Virus record (IMG/VR): IMGVR_UViG_3300024284_000018
Span: 1 to 30,015 of that record
DNA length: 30,015 bases
From: a virus
Taxonomy: Duplodnaviria > Caudoviricetes
Direction: 5' to 3' (one strand)
Numbering within the stretch: the first letter of the stretch is position 1; the number at the start of each line of letters is the position of its first letter. The notes beneath the pieces are model-generated. The model did no database searches. It was not told the origin of the DNA and saw only the letters and a list, made by a program, of their open reading frames with translations. Position numbers and translations under genes: made by a program. Of this stretch, positions 24,413 to 30,015 are shown one piece after another.

Positions 24413-24538
24413 TGCACTTTGGGAAACCCTCCGATTATATTCTGATTTGGGGGCTTCCTGAAACGGCCAGTGATATGCTATTAGCTTATCGGCCCAACCT
24501 GTTTGTTGGGCAACTGGCCTGACTTTCCATGAACCGAC

Positions 24539-26656
24539 ATGACCACCCTGATTTGCCTCGTATTGGCGCTTATAAGCGATTACCCGCCATCTCCACCCAA
24601 CTTTCAGATCAAAGTCGCTCCTGCGCCAATCCTATCGCCAAAGGCAGCCGATCTAAAGGCAAGTCTCGGCTCTCCTATGGCGATTGCGCCATCTCCAGCC
24701 GCGTTTGTTCCTCCATCAGGGCTATTTATCACGAATCTAACAATTCAGGGTGCCAATGCCACCATCGGTTGGCAGCAGGGAACTGGCCCCTACCAGTTGG
24801 AGGGAACCCCGGACATAGGCGCGGCATGGTCGCCCGTGGCGGGCGTGGGTCCAACCATGCTCCAAAACAAGACTTTTCCGGCTGGCCAGAATCATTTCTG
24901 GCGCATCAGGTCTCAAGTGGACCTGTTGCAAATATCAACAAACCAACCGCGCTTGCAGTGGCAGGCGCCAGAAATCCCTATGGCTGATTCACTTAACCCC
25001 TTCACACTTCAAAAACGATCAGATCAGCCACCAATTGATCAAGCCATATCCGATGATGCTGGGTGGACACTGATAAGCTCTACCATTGCGTCCACGGCCA
25101 GGAACTATACCGATGGAACACCTGTTGGAAACGGGCTTTGGTATCGGCTCAAGCAAACCACGGCCAATGGCGTCGTGGTGCCGTACCTGGTTAAGAATCT
25201 TAACCCGCCCACGCAGCCTCCGGGCAGTGTGGCGTGGGCAAAGGGATTTGGTGGAACCAGTGATGATTTCGTATCTAGTGTTGTGGTTGATTCAAGCGGA
25301 TTCATTTATACCGTAGGCATCTTTCAGAATACCGTAGATTTCACCGGGGCTGGTGGAACCGTTGCCAATGGAACTACGATTCTAACCAGCGCGGGTGGAT
25401 ATGATATGTTTTTGGCTAAACACTCATCAAATGGTGTGTTGCAGTGGGTCAAACAGTACGGCGGAGCTGAAAGTGAAGTGCCAAGGTTAATAGCCTTAGA
25501 CGCTTCCGGGAATTTCTTTATTTCTGGTTCGTTTGCAACTGGTTCCATAAGGAAGATAAATTCGTCTGGAGTACTTCAGTGGACAAAAGGGCCGATTACA
25601 ACTGGACTTAAGCCAGTTAGTTTCGTTGATATAGCTACGGACACACTCGGAAACGTAGTTTGTGTTGGGACTTTTGTGGCAGGTTTCACCGACCAAACTG
25701 ATTTTGGAGATGGGCATTTCCTTTACAGTGCTTTTGGAAGCGAAGATATGTTTCTCGCTAAATATAGCCCAGTTGGAACATGTTTGTGGGCGATAGGCTT
25801 CGCCAACTTTGGAGATCATGAACTAGGAAAAGCGGTTGCGATAGATCGTCGCATAAATCCGAGTACCGGACAGCCATATAATACCATTATTGTAGGTGGT
25901 ATTACTTCTAGTGGTATTGATTTGGGTGGTGGAACAATGGAAAATGGAACCACTTCTGGACAATCTGGTTTTTGCGGGGTTTTGGGTAAAATTCAGCCTG
26001 ATGGAACTTACAACGCTGGTGCTGGTAGTTGGCAACGTCTTACTGGTTACAGAGATAATGGAGCAACCTCAACTGATTCTTCAATTTTGCAAAAAATTGC
26101 TATCGACAGCAATGGCGACATAATTGTTGTAACCTCTTGGGGCGGCGCTGCAATTCACTTCGGAGGGCTTCCAGGAGACGCCGCTGGTGGAACACTGAGT
26201 GGGGGCACTTATAGCATTAACATGGCACTGGTAAAATATAATAACGCAGGCCGATTTGTCCGGGTCACTCCAATACCTATAACTCAGGGAGGAGCACAAG
26301 GAACCCCTGTTTGCTTGAGTGTTGATTTGAACAACAACATAATTTTTGGCGGCTATTATGCTAAGACGCTTACTTTCGGAACCATAACGCTAATTGCCCC
26401 TCATCAAGAATTTGCGAACGATTATCCTGATGGATTTGTGGCCAAGTATAATTCGTCACTTTCTCCACTTTGGGCCATAACAATTGGAGGAACACTAGGA
26501 GATGCTGTTAATGGGCTGTCGGTGGACAGCGCTGGTATTCCTGTAATTGCTGGGTATTTCAATAAAAACGTGGATGGAACCACGCCGTCAATTGGCGGAA
26601 TTCAAATGACGAATCGTGGGAGTCTAGACGCATTTATCGCCAAGCTTAATCCCTGA
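24539..26656 (+). CDS. Exported beta-propeller (SBBP-like repeat) protein
   Basis: Hydrophobic N-terminus, Pro-rich linker, two Ig/FN3-like segments (YQLEGTPD...W...FWRIR; FTLQKR...W...YTD...WYRLK), then repeated VVVDSSG/IALDASG/IATDTLG/IAIDSNG and DMFLAKY...W motifs. Confidence 0.8.
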   Translation: MTTLICLVLALISDYPPSPPNFQIKVAPAPILSPKAADLKASLGSPMAIAPSPAAFVPPSGLFITNLTIQGANATIGWQQGTGPYQLEGTPDIGAAWSPVAGVGPTMLQNKTFPAGQNHFWRIRSQVDLLQISTNQPRLQWQAPEIPMADSLNPFTLQKRSDQPPIDQAISDDAGWTLISSTIASTARNYTDGTPVGNGLWYRLKQTTANGVVVPYLVKNLNPPTQPPGSVAWAKGFGGTSDDFVSSVVVDSSGFIYTVGIFQNTVDFTGAGGTVANGTTILTSAGGYDMFLAKHSSNGVLQWVKQYGGAESEVPRLIALDASGNFFISGSFATGSIRKINSSGVLQWTKGPITTGLKPVSFVDIATDTLGNVVCVGTFVAGFTDQTDFGDGHFLYSAFGSEDMFLAKYSPVGTCLWAIGFANFGDHELGKAVAIDRRINPSTGQPYNTIIVGGITSSGIDLGGGTMENGTTSGQSGFCGVLGKIQPDGTYNAGAGSWQRLTGYRDNGATSTDSSILQKIAIDSNGDIIVVTSWGGAAIHFGGLPGDAAGGTLSGGTYSINMALVKYNNAGRFVRVTPIPITQGGAQGTPVCLSVDLNNNIIFGGYYAKTLTFGTITLIAPHQEFANDYPDGFVAKYNSSLSPLWAITIGGTLGDAVNGLSVDSAGIPVIAGYFNKNVDGTTPSIGGIQMTNRGSLDAFIAKLNP

Positions 26657-26657
26657 T

Positions 26658-27002
26658 CTATCTGGTCCTCAAATTATAGATCCGTCCATCGGTCTGGTAC
26701 ACCTCATATCCCCTACTATCTAGGTCGGCAAGCACATGGTCCAGATAGTTTGTGCCCACTTCGTACGGATTGGTGCTGGTGGGCAGTATTAGCTTTGGAG
26801 CACCGGCACTGCCTCCGTAGTTGTACACATAAAATCCTCCGAACTGGAATTTGTCACCCACGACAAAATAAAATTCCTGGGCTTGGAGCGTGATGTATTC
26901 CCGCTTCCTTGGCTGAGGGTCAGCCTTCGCTGGCCTCATAGTCACGACAGTTATTCCCAGGAGAATTACGCCAAGGATTGATACGATTTGGATTCTTTTC
27001 AT
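26658..27002 (-). CDS. Small exported protein
   Basis: MKRIQIVSILGVILLGITVVTMRPAKA signal peptide with an AxA site; convergent with the beta-propeller gene. Confidence 0.7.
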   Translation of the reverse strand: MKRIQIVSILGVILLGITVVTMRPAKADPQPRKREYITLQAQEFYFVVGDKFQFGGFYVYNYGGSAGAPKLILPTSTNPYEVGTNYLDHVLADLDSRGYEVYQTDGRIYNLRTR

Positions 27003-27029
27003 AATGAGTTTGTTTTTGTTGGTTTTGGT

Positions 27030-27455
27030 TTATTTCTCTAAGAGAAACAGCAGCCCTTTGCAGTATTTAATGATCTGTTTCTCGGTTGGGTGATCGCTCA
27101 GGTTATCCATCATATCTACAAACTTTACCCGAGCCGCAAGGGGATTCATTTTTACACCCTGCAAGTAGCCTTCGTACGACTGACCCTCTGTGCGGGTAAG
27201 GGCAATAACGGCCATGATGATGTTTTCAGACAAACCAGCTTTCTCTAAATCGATTGGTTTGGTTGGGGTATCTTCAAACGTATCGTGGAGCCACGCCACA
27301 GCAATTACGTCATCGGCATCATCCATAAAATGTGATCTTCTTAGCTTCGCAACGATTCTTGCCGGGTGCATGATGTAAGGAGTTCCGTCATACCTAAACT
27401 GTCCAGCGTGGGCTTGGCCCGCAATGGCCTCGGCTATTTCTGATTGGGTTTTCAT
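27030..27455 (-). CDS. RelA/SpoT-type HD hydrolase (small alarmone hydrolase/Mesh1-like)
   Basis: AHAGQFRYDGTPYIMHP, AWLHDTFED and VKFVDMMDNL motifs; ATG 27455 chosen from the ATGA overlap. Confidence 0.85.
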   Translation of the reverse strand: MKTQSEIAEAIAGQAHAGQFRYDGTPYIMHPARIVAKLRRSHFMDDADDVIAVAWLHDTFEDTPTKPIDLEKAGLSENIIMAVIALTRTEGQSYEGYLQGVKMNPLAARVKFVDMMDNLSDHPTEKQIIKYCKGLLFLLEK

Positions 27456-27772
27456 GGCAATTTGTTCATGGCTTCGAGAATGGCTTTGTGCGCTCGTTCG
27501 CATCCGATACCCTGTTCATAAACGATTGTGCTGCGCGTGCCATCAGCCTGTTCGTTACCCACAAAGGATTCAGCCAGGGTTTCCACAATTTTGTCAGCAT
27601 CAGCCATCCCCTGCTTCCTTCCCTCATTAAACCCGCGCAGGTAGCCGGATTGTTCGGCGTCGGTTTGGATGGCCCTAATTAACTCGGCGCGTCTGCGCTT
27701 TCGCTCCTCCACGGTCTCGGGCACATGCTCGGTTATGTATCCCGACTCAATCCATTCATCAATTGGTTTCAT
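27452..27772 (-). CDS. Hypothetical protein
   Basis: TAATG coupling with the upstream gene and ATGA coupling with the downstream gene. Confidence 0.65.
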   Translation of the reverse strand: MKPIDEWIESGYITEHVPETVEERKRRRAELIRAIQTDAEQSGYLRGFNEGRKQGMADADKIVETLAESFVGNEQADGTRSTIVYEQGIGCERAHKAILEAMNKLP

Positions 27773-28611
27773 TACAGGCATGTGTCTCGAACATTCAAGG
27801 TTGAACTGGAATACACGTCATACTGTTTGGACTCAGTGCCGGTCACGTTCCACGTTGTCCCGCAAATGTTGATTGTTGAATTAGGCCCAAACTCAGTGTT
27901 CCACACACCGCGATTGCCAACGTTCGGTCCTTCAACTTTGATTGAGCAATTGCGAATATCGATCACCCCACCCGACCCGGACAGAATGACGCCATGACAC
28001 CCTGCCGTCTGATCGCCTTGCTGTGGAGGACCAACAAGGGCCAAGCTTGAATCCTTCACCACCGTCTTGTGGTTGCCGTCAAATAGCGAAATCCCATCCC
28101 ACTGCCCACGCATCTGACAACCCTGAATTGTCAGCCCTTTGAAAACTTCTGGCTTGTGATAATAGATCACGTCACTGGTCCCGATCAAAATGCACTGGTC
28201 AGCGAGTGCCCCAACGAAACCTTTCTGGCCCGTATATGTTCCGACACAAGCACCGAACCCAGAATGCGTGGGTCCGACACGAATGGTTAGGCCACGAATT
28301 ATGGTGTTGTTTCCCGGGCAGAACGAAACACCACCACCATTCAGGTCAACCGAGCTATCAATCGTTGTCTCAGTCGCGCCTTTTCCAATCAAGCTCACGT
28401 TATCCGGGATGTTGATTGCGCTTGTGCCAATATCAAAACGACCAACGCCGATGAAGATCGAATCTCCACTTTGGGCTAGGGTGATTGCCTTTGAGATGGT
28501 GGCACAGGGAAGATCCGGCCTGCCCCTGCGAGCGGTGGCGTCTTTGCCGTTCAATTCTACAAAAACACCCTGCCTGTGATGAGATTTTATCGACATAGTT
28601 TTATCTTTCAT
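27772..28611 (-). CDS. Right-handed beta-helix (pectin-lyase-like fold) protein
   Basis: PCATISKAITLAQSGDSIFIGVG and NVSLIGKGATETTID followed by G/N/I-rich beta-helix-like repeats. Confidence 0.7.
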   Translation of the reverse strand: MKDKTMSIKSHHRQGVFVELNGKDATARRGRPDLPCATISKAITLAQSGDSIFIGVGRFDIGTSAINIPDNVSLIGKGATETTIDSSVDLNGGGVSFCPGNNTIIRGLTIRVGPTHSGFGACVGTYTGQKGFVGALADQCILIGTSDVIYYHKPEVFKGLTIQGCQMRGQWDGISLFDGNHKTVVKDSSLALVGPPQQGDQTAGCHGVILSGSGGVIDIRNCSIKVEGPNVGNRGVWNTEFGPNSTINICGTTWNVTGTESKQYDVYSSSTLNVRDTCL

Positions 28612-28883
28612 TATTTAATTCTCCATATCCGATAGCCCGAGCCGTTGAGCTTGCGTGTGGTGATTTTCACACCAGCATGTTTGGCGCTGGACATTACGGC
28701 GTCTCGTTGGCAAGCATTAGCCACCTTAAACGAATCCCCGCCAGCCATAGCCAAAAGATTTGACTTCCATTTACTTCCATACCTTGGCGGTATCGGCACA
28801 TTCTTGTCGATGGTGATGGTGGGTTTGGTGGTCATAGACAAAATGCGAATTTCTCCCATAGTTTGGTCGGGTTTTGTGGTCAT
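28611..28883 (-). CDS. Small basic putative DNA-binding phage protein
   Basis: TIDKNVPIP...MAGGDSFKV...KITTRK...GYRIWRIK pattern typical of small phage DNA-binding proteins. Confidence 0.65.
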   Translation of the reverse strand: MTTKPDQTMGEIRILSMTTKPTITIDKNVPIPPRYGSKWKSNLLAMAGGDSFKVANACQRDAVMSSAKHAGVKITTRKLNGSGYRIWRIK

Positions 28884-29617
28884 AAATTAGTTGCTAGGGT
28901 TTCCCATGCGAGTTTAACCACTGCTGGAACTTGTCCATTTCCAATGGCTTTAAGCCTGTCCATCCTACGATCCATCTCATTAGCCTTTCTGACACATCTG
29001 GGTTTGGGCATGTCGTTCGGAGTGTCTTGTCTGAGAAATGGAAATGTAGGAAATTTTTTAAGGTGCCCATTCTTCCCTCCACCGTCCGATCTGATGCCCC
29101 ATTGTAGTCGCTCCTCGTTGGAGTGGGCCAGTATCCAAATCCTTTCTCGAATGTGTAATGCGCCAGTGTCGGCTGCTGAAAACACTCCCCATCTTGCATT
29201 AAACCCCAACGTGGCCAAATCTCTAAGGATGGTTCCAAGTCCTCTAATAACCAACGCTGGGGAGTTTTCCACAAAAACCCATTTTGGTCTAACTGCGCAA
29301 ACCACGCGAACCATTTGCTTCCAAAGCGAACCATCCGATACCGCGCCAATGTTGGCTTGTCGGCCGCTAGCCAAACTGATTTCCTGGCAGGGGAAGCCCC
29401 CACACACAGCGTCAACTTTCCCACTCCATGGCCTTGCGTCGAATGTTCTAACGTCATCCCAGATTGGGAATTTTGGCAAGATTCCGTCTCGTTGCCGTTG
29501 CAACAGGACTTTTCGGCAGTAAGGTTCAATCTCGACAGCACAGACGCAGGTATGTCCGAGAAGGATTCCACCGAGGATTCCTCCCCCCGCTCCAGCAAAA
29601 AGGTGTAACTCATTCAC
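28880..29617 (-). CDS. dcm: DNA (cytosine-5) methyltransferase, alpha chain
   Basis: Motifs I (LFAGAGG), II (AVEIE), III (DDVR), IV (GGFPCQ), VI (VENS), VIII (HIRERIW) and X (RLKAIGNGQVP); no TRD or motif IX in this frame. Confidence 0.9.
   Translation of the reverse strand: MNELHLFAGAGGGILGGILLGHTCVCAVEIEPYCRKVLLQRQRDGILPKFPIWDDVRTFDARPWSGKVDAVCGGFPCQEISLASGRQANIGAVSDGSLWKQMVRVVCAVRPKWVFVENSPALVIRGLGTILRDLATLGFNARWGVFSAADTGALHIRERIWILAHSNEERLQWGIRSDGGGKNGHLKKFPTFPFLRQDTPNDMPKPRCVRKANEMDRRMDRLKAIGNGQVPAVVKLAWETLATNL
28894..29613 (-). CDS. Overlapping alternative-frame methyltransferase beta chain (TRD and motif IX)
   Basis: 239-aa ORF nested in the dcm gene, with WPTP and PNPDVSERLMRWIVGWT (motif IX-like). 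Confidence 0.7.
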   Translation of the reverse strand: MSYTFLLERGEESSVESFSDIPASVLSRLNLTAEKSCCNGNETESCQNSQSGMTLEHSTQGHGVGKLTLCVGASPARKSVWLAADKPTLARYRMVRFGSKWFAWFAQLDQNGFLWKTPQRWLLEDLEPSLEIWPRWGLMQDGECFQQPTLAHYTFEKGFGYWPTPTRSDYNGASDRTVEGRMGTLKNFLHFHFSDKTLRTTCPNPDVSERLMRWIVGWTGLKPLEMDKFQQWLNSHGKP

Positions 29618-30015
29618 AAGCTCGCTTTGAATGCTTGCAGATCCGCCAAGGCTTTCGACTCAGCAATAATGCTGGCAGCAGATTTAACCCGGTCAGGTAA
29701 TACTTCCTCCCTCCCAACCGAGGCTAAGAGCTTGGCGCGGGGTGTGGGTTTGACCTGTCTCTCAGCCATCTTCGCATCAATCAGGTCATCAGCGAATCGT
29801 TCGTGGTTCTCGATAAGATTTCCAAACCTTAACGATTCCTGCCAGCGTTTGCCTTCTTTTATCCGGCGCAGGATGAACGCCACGACCAAGCGAAGGTCTG
29901 CCTCGGTCCAGCCCATGGCCAGCCATGATTGCCATGCGAAGTATTTTCGAGTGTCGTAAATGACTGGTCGGTTTGTAATGCGAACGTACACGGCATGAAT
30001 TGGGGCGTGGTCCTC
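29614..30015 (-). CDS. Hypothetical protein, 5'-truncated by the window edge
   Basis: Frame is open from 30015 to the TGA, which overlaps the dcm ATG. Confidence 0.6.
   Translation of the reverse strand, partial: EDHAPIHAVYVRITNRPVIYDTRKYFAWQSWLAMGWTEADLRLVVAFILRRIKEGKRWQESLRFGNLIENHERFADDLIDAKMAERQVKPTPRAKLLASVGREEVLPDRVKSAASIIAESKALADLQAFKASL

Noticed and set aside
24455-24530. Hammerhead ribozyme
   Set aside because: CTGA and GAAA are present but lie outside the junction and not in the CUGAnGA...GAAA...UH arrangement.
28863-29522. 219-aa antisense ORF as a third overlapping gene
   Set aside because: No motifs or expression signals; likely a by-product of constraint in the dual-coded methyltransferase region.
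1-30015. tRNA genes, CRISPR array, integrase/att site, IS element, stop-codon reassignment
   Set aside because: No cloverleaf with T-loop consensus, no regularly spaced repeats and no recombinase or transposase motifs were seen by eye; genes tile densely under the standard code.

Overview
A 30-kb fragment of a tailed dsDNA phage or prophage (Caudoviricetes-like), cut at both ends. The + strand carries a late operon: large terminase, a Cys-motif protein, three glycosyltransferase-like genes, an HNH endonuclease, probable portal and scaffold, a second HNH/zinc-finger gene, a probable major capsid protein, a run of virion-appendage-like genes (one with a diverged GH27 alpha-galactosidase-like domain), small membrane proteins and a stand-alone response regulator. 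A GroES-like gene lies inverted inside this operon. A divergent promoter region near 22.9 kb appears to drive, leftwards, a ~630-nt highly structured non-coding RNA followed by a frameshifted PAPS-reductase-family gene. Rightwards it appears to drive a membrane/lipoprotein/beta-propeller operon. The right end (- strand) encodes a RelA/SpoT-type HD hydrolase, a beta-helix protein and a C5 DNA methyltransferase split over two overlapping reading frames. The most notable signals are several structured RNA leaders, signal peptides on the putative virion appendage proteins alongside a glycosylation cassette, and the dual-frame methyltransferase. A Verrucomicrobiota host is an inference from protein style only. 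All protein calls come from motif recognition by eye and no database searches were run.
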